From assembly GCF_001194135.2 (NCBI RefSeq), contig NC_069004.1, forward strand, positions 35,945,703 through 35,996,840: 51,138 bases of DNA. The letters run 5' to 3'. A program made the position numbers and the translations under genes. Positions 1-49,060 of this stretch are shown in pieces. Source of the stretch: Octopus bimaculoides. Its lineage: Eukaryota. Within the stretch, counting starts at the first letter, position 1. Each line of letters begins with the position of its first letter. The notes beneath the pieces were generated by a model. The model worked only from the letters and a program-made list of their open reading frames with translations, made no database searches and was not told where the DNA came from.

Positions 1-113
1 GTACTGCAATCACTTTTGAAATCCGTGTTGCTTATTGTTTGATTTTAATCACCCATCCTTTTGGGATGTGATATTTGGGTGCCTTCGCATAAGTACCATA
101 TTCAAGCCTTGAA

Positions 114-182
<69 letters not shown>

Positions 183-1044
183 ATGATCGGGTTGTTGGCG
201 ACTAAACTGGCAACCCCACCAGGCTTGCTTGGTGGGGTGGGTGCTTGTTGAACACCCTGCTGGACAAAAAATAAGACCTGTCAAAGGGCAGAGGAATCAC
301 AATGCAGTCAATGGCCATTCAACTACGTGTGTGTGTGTGTGTGTGTATTGTATATATAGCATTTTAAACTGTGTGTGTATTGTATATATTGTATTTCAGC
401 ATGTGTGTGTGCATATTGTANNNNNNNNNNTTGTATATATTGTATGTCAATTTTATGTATTCCATATCATGTTTTATATATTGTTTGTTTTTTTAATATC
501 TATTTTATCCAGCCTATGGCTGTATCTTGCGTGGGGACAGAAATAATTGGACTGAATATCTGATTGTGTGGTTAAACCATTGGGCGTGAAGGACCCCTAG
601 CCTTTGTGAAGGGCATCCTTCTAGGAGACGGCAACTCAGGTAACTGGGATAACTCCGACATAAAACCTGCGGCTCAGTGGTTACCGATGACATTGACGTG
701 TTCGTCTTTTCGGGTTATGGCTACTGTTGCTTAGTGAGCGGGATTGACTGTGCATTTTAAAAATAATCTTCTTGCACAGGCACTGCACAATAACAACATA
801 GTTAATTAATTAATCAATCAATCTATCTAACTAATTGATGATTGTTGATGGTGCTAGGAGTCTCAACCGAATGGCTGGCTGTAGCCTTAAAAAGCAAACA
901 ATCAATGATGTCCCAAAACAGTATAAAAATAAACGGCAGTAAGGACTCTGGAACCACATCAAATGAAAGAGTCTGGCCTGGTAGGGGCTCCAGAGCTTCA
1001 TAGTCTGAACCCAGCTATCATTGTGCTACTGTGATAGAACCAAA

Positions 1045-1790
1045 TAAAATATTGGCTGTTGGAATGTACGGACACTACTTGACCGCGAGTCCTGAGAATG
1101 TCCTGAACGAAGAACTGCTCTTATTGCAAAATGATGCCAAGGGTTTGTACTCTTATGTTAAGGAGGTATATGGTCCCAAATCAAAAGAGATCTAAGGAAG
1201 AATGTAACGATTGAGAAGGTGAATGACAATGACCTTTCTTTGTGCACAATCTGTGACAGACCATGCCTGTCTTTGACTGGACTCAAATCTCATCTGCGAA
1301 CGCATGGAAAACGAACCTCCACCAATTAGTCCGCCTATATGTCTGTGCACACTTTTGAATGCAGTGTATGCCAGAAAGTTTGCAATTCCAACGTAGGCCA
1401 CAAAAGACATGTTAAGATCCAAAAAAAGAGCAGAACTTACCTGCAGGTCTTGGTGGTCCAAATCAGCAGTGCAATTTATGTGGGTGTCNNNNNNNNNNAG
1501 AAGGTGAATGACAATGACCTTTCTTTGTGCACAATCTGTGACAGACCATGCCTGTCTTTGACTGGACTCAAATCTCATCTGCGAACGCATGGAAAACGAA
1601 CCTCCACCAATTAGTCCGCCTATATGTCTGTGCACACTTTTGAATGCAGTGTATGCCAGAAAGTTTGCAATTCCAACGTAGGCCACAAAAGACATGTTAA
1701 GATCCAAAAAAAGAGCAGAACTTACCTGCAGGTCTTGGTGGTCCAAATCAGCAGTGCAATTTATGTGGGTGTCTTTTCAGAACATTGGTT
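1045..1790 (+). mobile_element. Internally deleted RTE-like LINE remnant (endonuclease start, linker, C-terminal C2H2-like fingers)
   Basis: IGCWNVRTLLDRES*ECPERRTALIA (1051-1128) resembles the start of an RTE APE domain. It is followed by NDAKGLYSYVKEVYGPKSK, then CTICDRPCLSLTGLKSHLRTH and CSVCQKVCNSNVGHKRH. Confidence 0.65.
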
Positions 1791-2134
1791 TAAAAAGCCA
1801 CATCAGAAGCCATGAAGGTCTAAGTACAGGAGGTGGTCAAACTCCGTATAAGGAGTAGACAACCACCATATATATATATATGTGTGTATATGCATGCATA
1901 CATACGGTGTTCTTTTGCATTCATAATAAGATAAATATGTATAAATTATAAAAATAATTCTAAAAATATACAGTACTGTACCGCTACTAATGCCTGGATT
2001 TTCACCTATTGCAGTGGGTTTTGTAACGCAACAGGCACAATAGTCAATAGATTACTTACTCTCTCTCTGTGTATAAACATACATATACCTACACATATAT
2101 ATTTATACTTGCACTTATATAGATATGTATATAA

Positions 2135-2560
2135 GGCACAGGAGTGGCTCTGTGGTATGTAGCTTGCTTACCAACCACATGGTCCTGGGTTCAGTCCCAC
2201 TGCGTGGCACCTTGGGCAAGTGTCTTCTACTATAGCCTCGGGCCTACCAAAGCCTTCTGAGTGGATTTGGTAGACGGAAACAGGAAGAAACCCGTCATGT
2301 ATATATATGCATATATATATATGGGTATGTACATATATTATATATATATATATATGTTTGTGTGTCTATTTGTCCCTTCAGCATCGCTTGACAACCATTG
2401 CTGGTGTGTTTGCGTCCCTGTAACTTAGCGGTTCGGCAAAAGAGACCAATAGAATAAGTATTAGGCTTACAAAGAATAAGCTCTGGGGTCGATTTGCTCG
2501 ACTATAAAGGTGGTGCTCCAGCATGGTCGCAGTCAAATGACTGAAACAAGTAAAAGAGTA
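2135..2560 (+). mobile_element. tRNA-derived SINE with internal (TA)/(TG) microsatellite (family B)
   Basis: A-box-like GTGGCT.TGTGG and B-box-like GGGTTCAGTCCC. Related copies at about 14497-14655 (+), 45401-45530 (+) and 26590-26697 (-). Confidence 0.75.
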
Positions 2561-4144
2561 CATCTACATTTATGTGCGTATCTATATATATATATATATA
2601 TATATATATANNNNNNNNNNATGAAAAAGCCTGTTTACTTGAGTCACTGAACTTGCTGGAAATACCAGTGAAACTCTGTTGGCTGTCATCCTCTACCTTA
2701 AAGATATTCACATTGAATTTCAGAAATGCTGCATCTACAAAATGGTTGGTTATAGTTACTGTGCTGTAAACACACCAATCGTAGTTGGTGTTTGGTCAGG
2801 GTTGACCTGCAGTTAAATGAACCAAAGCAGAAGAGGGCAAAAAAAAAACACATTGAAAAAGATTTTGTTTAAGTTTTTACTTTAATAAAAAATTTAAGGT
2901 GTTTTTTTTTCGTCAAATATTTAGATTTTATTTTTTTTTCATTCACTTTTCAGCCCACACCCTCCCCAACCCTTATACTCCCCCATTTTTGTTTTTAAAT
3001 GTCATTTTCTGCATTTCAGGGTAAAATTGTCACCTTTTTTCCACGGGCTTTTTTTTTTTATTTTTAGGATATATTTATATATATATAGATATATATATAT
3101 AAATATTTAATATTTTATTTTTTCAATATTATAAATTAGTAGAAAAAAAAAAAAAACTTCAAAATACTGTTTTTAGCTGTTATGTCAGTCTGTCTGTGTC
3201 TGTTCTGATCCCTGCAGTTGTTCCGTTTGTTATATTTACTTTCTTTTTCTTCTTATTAACATCATTTACATAGAATTAATCTCTCACATGCAAAGTAAAA
3301 GATAAAAATTACGCTTTCACCATGAAAAAGTGATGATGGAGCAGAGGAGTGACAACCACCACTCCCGACCACCACCTATTCTCTAAACCCTTTTGACTTC
3401 CAACTTTCTAGTCTCCCTGCCCCTTTTTAACACACCACCTTGTGGCACCACTGACCACAGCCAAAGAGCACAAAGTAATGTGTGTGTGTGTTCCTATTAA
3501 ATGTGAGAGAGAGAGAGACAAACAACCACAATAAGAGGACTTCTCTCTCTCTCTCTCCAATGACTTATGCAATCTTTAGAGAGTGTCAATGATCCCTGTG
3601 TGCTTGGCTGTTCTTAAAAGCCAGCTGTAAATTACTATCTCTTTATATTCTCTATTTAAATTAAAAGTTTTGTTTTTCCATTTTCTATTTTAATCTGAGA
3701 TGACATTAAGATTCCCCTTGTGAACCTAGCAACCAACAAATTGTTAGACACCCGCAAAAATGGAATGGGGGTTACAGATGAATTAAGATGGTCTGTTATT
3801 GATGGGAAGAGTGTGTGTGTGTGGGGGCTAAAGGATTATATATGTGGCTGTGTATAATGTACAGTTACACAAAAACGACTGAGTGTGTAGTGTAGGTGCA
3901 GTATGTGTATCTGATCCTGAAACAGACATGGCTTTTTGTAGCTTTTAAAATATATATCTACTCCATCCATTCAAATTGGGCTCTGAAAACACCTCAATCT
4001 CCAACACCACCCCACTATAGAAAGAATCTTAAATGGGTTTTTTTTTTTCTGTATTCCACGGGACAAAAAATTCCACTGAGGTAGGATAATTTTTCAAGGC
4101 AGGAATAATAGTAATATATTTAAGATAGTTAAGAGGCTACAGAG

Positions 4145-4622
4145 AGGTTAGTTGGTTTTTATCAATTGCAGAAGGATGAAAGACAAAAGTTGACCCTGGT
4201 GGAATCTGAACTCATAAATAGCAGGAACAGAGGCTGCAAAGTAGTTTCGGATGATTCTGCCAATCCATTGCCCTTCATTTCTAACATGGGCATTAAGGAC
4301 ACAAATTTGGGGGCGGGGTTTAAACTGACCTCAGGTATTTGACTAGTACTTATTCTATCGACCCTGGAAAGACAAAAGGCAAAGTCAGTCTCGACTGGAT
4401 TTGAACTCAGAATGTAACGGTCCAATAATGTTTCTAATATAGGCACAAGACTTGAAATGTGTGGGAAGTAGATAAGTCAACCACATCGACCCCAGTACTT
4501 GGATGGTTCTTTATTGACCCTGAAAGGATGAAAGGCTAAACTAACCTTGGCAGGGCTTGAACACAAAAAGTCAGAAGAAATAACTGCAAGGCATTTGGTC
4601 TGATACTAGAATAATTCTGCTA
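4145..4622 (-). mobile_element. Three head-to-tail copies of tRNA-derived SINE family A
   Basis: The reverse-complement core GAAAGGATGAAAGGCAAAGTCGACC...TTTGAACTCAGAA recurs, degenerate, at about 4150, 4345 and 4510. Confidence 0.7.
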
Positions 4623-4719
4623 AACCCCTGCAGTAATAAGATGTATATACTGAGCACACTTCTGCCTATTACACACCATGCACTTGTAACGTAATTCTAT
4701 ACTGAACACTTAGTGTATT

Positions 4720-4731
4720 TTTATTTTTATT
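4720..4731 (-). promoter_or_regulatory. Candidate tandem AATAAA polyadenylation signals of the ZSWIM gene
   Basis: Two TTTATT on + (4720-4725, 4726-4731), about 1 kb past the stop, with GT-rich sequence downstream on the minus strand. Another AATAAA lies at 5170-5175. No transcript evidence. Confidence 0.3.
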
Positions 4732-5762
4732 CCTTATTTTCTTTCGGGTATAAGAAACAAAACTAATTTTGCTAGAATTGCCCCTCCTCCACATTCCACT
4801 TTGACTAGGGATGAAATAGAGTTCACGAATTTCCTAAGAAAGAGAAAGTGGGGAAAGAGAGTCACAGAATACAAAGATTGTACAATTCGTCCGAGTTGAC
4901 TTCAAATTGGCAAGAAAATGCAAGAAGCTTTAACAAAAGATCTCAGGTTCAGTGGGAAAGGATCTCAACAAGTAGTTAGCTGGGATCAGTAGCTGCTTAG
5001 GTAGTCCTTTACCTTCTCAATCACTGCAGAATGCAGGTATGAGGGTAAGATTTAACATTTTGAAAATTGGGCAGCTTTCTGCTCCTGAGAACTTGGAAAG
5101 TATTTCCAACCCCTACCCACTTACTCTAATTATGCACAGAAGATTGGGAAAATTAAGCAGGAATTACTTTTTATTAATTAGTAAACAACGGAACAAAATA
5201 AAGAGAAATGAAAATACTTCTAAAGATATTTTTAAGTTGAGTATCAGTTGGGGGGAGTGATAAAAAGGGTCAGAGTAAGGAAATGGTGGTAGGTAGAGAT
5301 AATGTTGGATAAGTGGTGGTGGGGTTAAGGTTAAAGAAGTTTTGGTGTGTGATGAAGAGACTGTAGAAGTGGTGGTGGTGGTGGTGATGGTAGCATTATT
5401 CTTTCTTCCCCACCATCTCCCCCCCTCCCTTTTTTTTTTAGCAGCCATCTTAACAACTGTAATAAAAGTGTATAATATGCTTAGATAAAATTATTTATCT
5501 AGGATTTTCATCTTAATGGTTGTGTGTGAGCTTGTATGCCTGCATGCACGTATAAGGGCATTGATCTATTCTTTTCCTCCCACCATCCAATTATTGCAAC
5601 TAGTTTTAATTTGTTGGTCTCTTAACCTGATTTTTTGGGGTCTTTTTCTTCTATGAGCTTTTAGCCACAGTCATTCATCATCATAAACTAACCCTAATTA
5701 ATAACCATTCATTATTATCATGTTTGAATTTGTTAACAAGAGGTTCAACTTGCGGCAATATG

Positions 5763-43465
<37,703 letters not shown>

Positions 43466-44205
43466 TGAGAATCATCTGATAGCATTCGGCTAAAATAATA
43501 AAGCATAGACACACATACACACCATACCACACCGCAGCTACTACAGACAGATTACATACATTAGACATAGACAGCACATCACACCATATCACAGATAGAG
43601 AAGAAACACACGGCCAGCCGATTTACACTATATTTATGTGTGTGTGTGTCTGTGCATATATATATATATATGTATAATGGACAGACAGATATGTGTGTGC
43701 GTGTTTGTATTGTCGAGGAGATTCGGAAGTACGTCCCTGTCGGCGTGGATATAATTTCTGAATAGTTGTAGTAGTGATAGTAGAAGTGTTGGTGGCGGTG
43801 TGTATGTTATTGCATGGAGCATGGAGTTGTGGGGTTACTGTGTTTGTGTGTGTTACGGACACGGCTGACAGGAAGCGAAGAGACACGCCGAGTGGAGTGG
43901 AGGTGACGAGAGTGGAGTGAAGACTCATTCTCAAAGTGAATTTAGGAGTGAGAGGGAGGGTCAGAGAGAGAGTGACTTAGGGAGAGAGAGCTCAAGTGAG
44001 AGAGTGAGAGAACGGATGAAAGGGAGGAGAAGGTTAAGGGGTGGTGGTGTATGTAAATGCGTGTATCCGTGTCTAGGCGTGCGTGTATATAAATAAATTG
44101 ATGTTTATATATTCAAGTACGTCTGACATGTTTTTATCGTCTTTTTTTTCGTCTTCGATATGCAGTAAATATATTTGCAGCTAAACCATGGTATTTATGA
44201 CAGCG

Positions 44206-44251
<46 letters not shown>

Positions 44252-45757
44252 AGAGAGAGAGAGTGTGTGTGTGTGTGTATTTATGTATGTGTGTAGGGGC
44301 TGTGGTGATGAAACTATACAGTATATACGGGTGGGAGAAGTTGGGAATTTTGGCAGGATTTATGTAAAACTCTGATTACTGGCATTACAAAACCGTGCGT
44401 ATGTTTTAGCGTACGATTGTGTGTGCGTGTGTGTGTGACGTATACAGAAGAGGAAGAGTTTAAGTTATGTGTGTGTGTGTGTGTGTATAGCTTAATTAAT
44501 AAGGCATTGAAACAGAAAGGCTTTCCCCAGACAATAATATATATATATGGAAATATATGTGTGTGTGTGCGTGGATTTATGTATATATTTACATAGACAT
44601 ATGGTGTATGTATAGACATACATATAGTGTGTGTGTATATATGAATAGAGATGGTATGTAAACATATATGTATACATACAAACGTGTGTATGCATGTGTG
44701 TGAGTACATAAAGTATTTGCGTGCGGCTTAATCTCTAATATTTACATCTCTCCCTCTCCCTCTTTACAATTTCTGTCTTTCATAGAAAACATCACCACCC
44801 CCTTTCCCCTCTCTTACACTTTACTTTCTCTCTCAGACACCCATTCAGCTTTCTAAACTACTTCTCTCCCTCTCTCTCTCTCTTTCTCTCTCGCTTTACA
44901 CACACACCTCTTCGACTCTTCCATTCTCTCCGTTACTTTCTCAGGGATAGAGACTGTAGGTACGTATATAGAAATACACACACACGCATATACAACACAC
45001 ACATATATATATATACATATGAGAGAGGGGAGAGAGAGACAGGTGGAAAATGAGAGATCGACAAAAGCATGCTTTGGGTGAAACAGTCAATTTTTGATAT
45101 TTAAGGTTTCAAATTCAGGCCCAAGGTCAGTGGGTGGTAAGGCGATGACATCGACCCCAATTCTTGACTGGTACTTGTTTTATCGACCTCGAACAGATGA
45201 GAGATAAAGATGACCTCGGTGGAATTTGAAATTAGAACGTAAAATGTCAGAAGAAACGCCGCTAAGCATTTTGTCCGACGCGCTGACGATTCTGCCTGCT
45301 CACTATCTTTCGATATAAACACATATAAACTAGCCACCGCATTCAACGTTTTGACTTCAATATCAGATAATGTTTGCACTAAATAAAATATTTTGATATG
45401 GGCGCAGACGTGGCTGTATGGTAAGAAGGTTGCTTCCCAACCACATGGGCCCAGGTTCAGGTCCACTACGTGACACCTTGAGTGTCTTCTACTAGAGTCT
45501 CGAGCCGGAAACTGAAAGGAACCCGTCGTATATATGTATAGATATATAGTTCACATATGAGACTCAGATATTCTCTATATCGAAGAGACTTAGTGCTCAA
45601 AAGATTCAAACTTCGACTTCGATGTCTTTACAGGGGATCGATTCTACAAGGTAAAGAAAAGCTAGAAGAGGGGTCAGGTTGAGCGGGTATAGAAGCAATA
45701 ATGGGGATAAGCAAATTAGACACATCAAATAGATTAAATGTATTAAGTACATCAAAT

Positions 45758-45820
<63 letters not shown>

Positions 45821-45825
<5 letters not shown>

Positions 45826-46214
45826 CATGTAAAACGAGGGACAGGAAAAGGTAGAAACTTTCAGATGATGAATTTATATATTTATATAATTAAGTCCAAC
45901 TGACACAGAGAACAAACGACATCTTCAAACTTCTTTGCACTCTGGTGAGGGAGAAGCGTATCCTCCGATATTAAATGCATTCATACGGCCGCATTTTGTG
46001 ATGAACTAAATCTGCCAACATTATATTGGATCAAGGCCCCAGAAACAGCTGTTGACCTTATAATACCTTTCTTCCACCCCTTTAAATTTTTCCGTCGTTT
46101 GTACTCGTTGTAAGTTGGACTTATTTATATAAATATATATACATACATACATATAAATTCATCATTCATCATCTGAAAGTTTCAACATTTTGCTTTCTCT
46201 CGTTTTGCATGTAT

Positions 46215-46216
<2 letters not shown>
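45821..46216. repeat. Diverged long inverted repeat (foldback element)
   Basis: Arms 45821-45920 and 46094-46216 pair, with a short microsatellite expansion in the right arm. Complementarity continues into the flanking (TG)n/(CA)n and (TA)n. Confidence 0.8.
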
Positions 46217-46245
<29 letters not shown>

Positions 46246-46292
46246 TATATGTATATATATATATATNNNNNNNNNNATATATATATATATAC

Positions 46293-46323
<31 letters not shown>

Positions 46324-46768
46324 CGTCTGTGTATGTGTCTGTGTAGCTCAGAAGTAATATTTCTTCAACTGCAAAGGTGTCCAGGTAAGGATTTCAAAAG
46401 CTGACAACATGAAGACGGGTTTCTTCAAAACAGTCATTTAATCAACACTTCTCTCTATTTCACGGACACTGATGAAAAGACTCGGAAAGAACGCTTGATA
46501 GTACATACAGGAGAATACTTGGCGCAGTTCTCGATGTTTCTTGGCAGCAATAATCCCACAAAGCAGAGATTGTATGGAAGTTTTCTTACCACCAACTTGT
46601 GCTGGAAACCCACACATGGACATAGGAGTGTCGGTAGAGAATCAACTTGTGGAAGACACTGGATATGAAGGTTGCTATGGAAGACCGGGACATCTGGTGA
46701 GGCAAGTCACTTCGATCGGATGTACCGTGTGTGTGTGTGTGTGTGCATGTGCGTGCGTATGTATGTAT

Positions 46769-46804
<36 letters not shown>

Positions 46805-47189
46805 NNNNNNNNNNTTAGCGAAAAAAATGTGAAAAAGTATGATTATTTAGTGGATATTGAGTTTTGTGTTAATAAAACTCTGGCGACGATGATTAACTCT
46901 GGATCACCCACCCACCCCCGTATAGTTCGTGAATTTAGAGGGTTTAGATTTGTGATACTATCCCTTTATATCCCATCGTAGATGGGCAGATTTGCTATCT
47001 TACTATAATGGGCCTTTATGTCCGTCTGTCCGTCTCCTTATTCCCTCTTCACGGCCAGACGGCTGGACCAATGGTTATGATAGTTTTCGGGATTACAAAG
47101 GCAGGAAGGTTTTTAGCATTAATGGATTCTCAAGTTTTCATTTCTGCGATTGTTTTCGGCCGTTTTTTTTATGTGATTTTTTTTCGACG

Positions 47190-47460
47190 CCCATAGCACC
47201 AAAAGATTCTTTGAAAGCTACCATAGTCGGAATAATTCCAAAATGAACCAGGACCACTTGATTGGAGCATGTAGATGATTTAGATCTCATATAGAGGCAG
47301 TTGTTGAAGCTGAAGGTGGCTTTATTGAATAACATTATAGAAAAGAAGATTTATTTTTATCCTCATAGCATTTTTTGATAAATAAAGTTATTATCTGTTA
47401 TTATATATCTGTTTTTTTTTATGAACATAAATCTGTCCTCAAATATCCTACGCACCCTAT
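47190..47460 (+). mobile_element. Tc1-like transposon 3' end
   Basis: KDSLKATIVGIIPK...(R)SHIEAVVEAEGGFIE* is a typical Tc1 C-terminus, and the end is TIR-like (AAATATCCTACGCACCCTATA). A second Tc1-like TIR start (CAGGGGTTGTACAAAATAATGGAAACACC) follows at 47468. Confidence 0.65.
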
Positions 47461-47637
47461 ATATACACAGGGGTTGTACAAAATAATGGAAACACCTAGC
47501 ATCCTCATTTTCAAACATCTATAAAACCATCAAAAGCTTGTTTATTTTTATGTTTTTTTTATTATTTATTATTAGTGATACTTAATATATTTTGCTAAAA
47601 CTGATGTTTCTTTTCAGATATCATCAGAAAAAGGTAA

Positions 47638-48141
47638 TTAAGATACATTAAAATAACAGGTCTCCAGCAGCCTGGTTCCCCCCTCATTGCGGGAACCAAA
47701 ACCATAGCCTCCATGTACGCCATAAAAGCCCCCTGTATGTTGTCCAACATGTCCACTGAAGTCACCAGCCACAAAGAGAAGGTCCCTGTCATTCGTCAAC
47801 GAGGTAGTCTGCAAAATGGTGTCATAAAATCGGTCTTTCCATCCATCCGGTAGTCCCGGCTGAGGGGCATAGGCCGAGATAATGGTTGCTAACCCATGAT
47901 GTAGCACTAATCTAATCTTAAGTATTCTGTCGCATACTCTGAATACCTCGATTACCTTATCCACCCATTTCTCCTCAAGAAGTATACCCACGCCCCAGAC
48001 CCCGTTTGTGTTCCCTACCCAGAAAATCTTGTACCTGTGTTCTTTGCCTGTGAGGAACCTAGCCGAACCTCCTCTCCACCTTATTTCTTGGAGGCAGCAG
48101 ATATCGACACATCTCCGTTCAAGCATCACATATCTCCGCAT
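47638..48141 (-). mobile_element. RTE LINE endonuclease fragment
   Basis: ICCLQEIRWRG, GVGILL, ISAYAPQ, FVAGDFSGHVG, GFGSRNEGGTRLL. Confidence 0.92.
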
Positions 48142-48147
48142 ACATGT

Positions 48148-49022
48148 ATCATCATCATCATTATCATTTAACGTCCATTTTCCATGCTAGCATGGGTTGG
48201 ACAGTTCGACTGGGGTCTGGGAAGGTAGGAGGCTGCACCAGGCTCCACTCTGAACTGGCAGTGTTTCTACAGCTGGATGCCCTTCCTAATGCCAACCACC
48301 CTGAGAGTGTAGTGGGTGCTTTTTACATGCCACTGGTACAGGGGCCAGAGGAGGCTGGCAACAGCCACGATCGGTTGGTGCTTTTTACGTGCCACCGGCA
48401 CGGAAGCCAGCCAAGGCGGCACTGGCATCGGCCACATTCGGATGGTGCTTTTTACGTGCCACCAGCACGGTTATCACAACTACAATTTCCATTTGATTTT
48501 CATTTTGATGTTGATGTACTTNNNNNNNNNNNNNNNNNNNNNNNNNNNNNNNNNNNNNNNNNNNNNNNNNNNNNNNNNNNNNNNNNNNNNNNNNNNNNNN
48601 NNNNNNNNNNNNNNNNNNNNNNNNNNNNNNNNNNNNNNNNNNNNNNNNNNNNNNNNNNNNNNNNNNNNNNNNNNNNNNNNNNNNNNNNNNNNNNNNNNNN
48701 NNNNNNNNNNNNNNNNNNNNNNNNNNNNNNNNNNNNNNNNNNNNNNNNNNNNNNNNNNGGCACTTCTTCACACATCTCTCCTCATCCATCCGCAGCACAT
48801 GACCATACCAACACAAGCGTCTCTCTTGCACACCACATCCGATGCTTCTCGGTCTGGAAGTGACTTGGCACCATCTGCAGACTTGGTCTGTGGCACTCAG
48901 CAAGCTGTCCCGTAGGAATTTCCAGCTACTTTCTATGTCCGATATCTGTAGTTCCTCCTCCCTCTCATCAAATTTCTTGATGAGGATGTCCCTAAATCTC
49001 TGACCATGTGAAGGGTTCTTCC
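48148..49022 (-). mobile_element. Internally deleted RTE LINE 3' end with repeated 3' UTR units and (ATG)n tail
   Basis: End of the endonuclease (FRDIL..KFDEREEE...SWKFLRDSLL) is joined to a C-terminal ERRLCWYGHVLRM. After a gap come three GGTGGCACGTAAAAAGCACC-type units and the GGTTGGCATTAGGAAGGGCATCCAGC core also seen at about 18620, 21050, 29910 and 49470. Confidence 0.85.
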
Positions 49023-49023
49023 A

Positions 49024-49060
<37 letters not shown>

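Noticed and set aside
1214-1773. Exact 275-bp direct duplication (1214-1488 and 1499-1773)
   Set aside because: The identical copies are separated only by a 10-N placeholder, the signature of an unmerged contig overlap rather than a biological tandem duplication.
1339-1815. C2H2-like ORFs as a host zinc-finger gene
   Set aside because: No TGEKP linkers or splice context, there are interrupting stops, and they adjoin RTE endonuclease remnants; better explained as a LINE C-terminus.
48315-48470. CRISPR-like repeat-spacer array
   Set aside because: Eukaryotic context, no cas genes, and the spacers are homologous to each other; it is a LINE 3' UTR tandem repeat.
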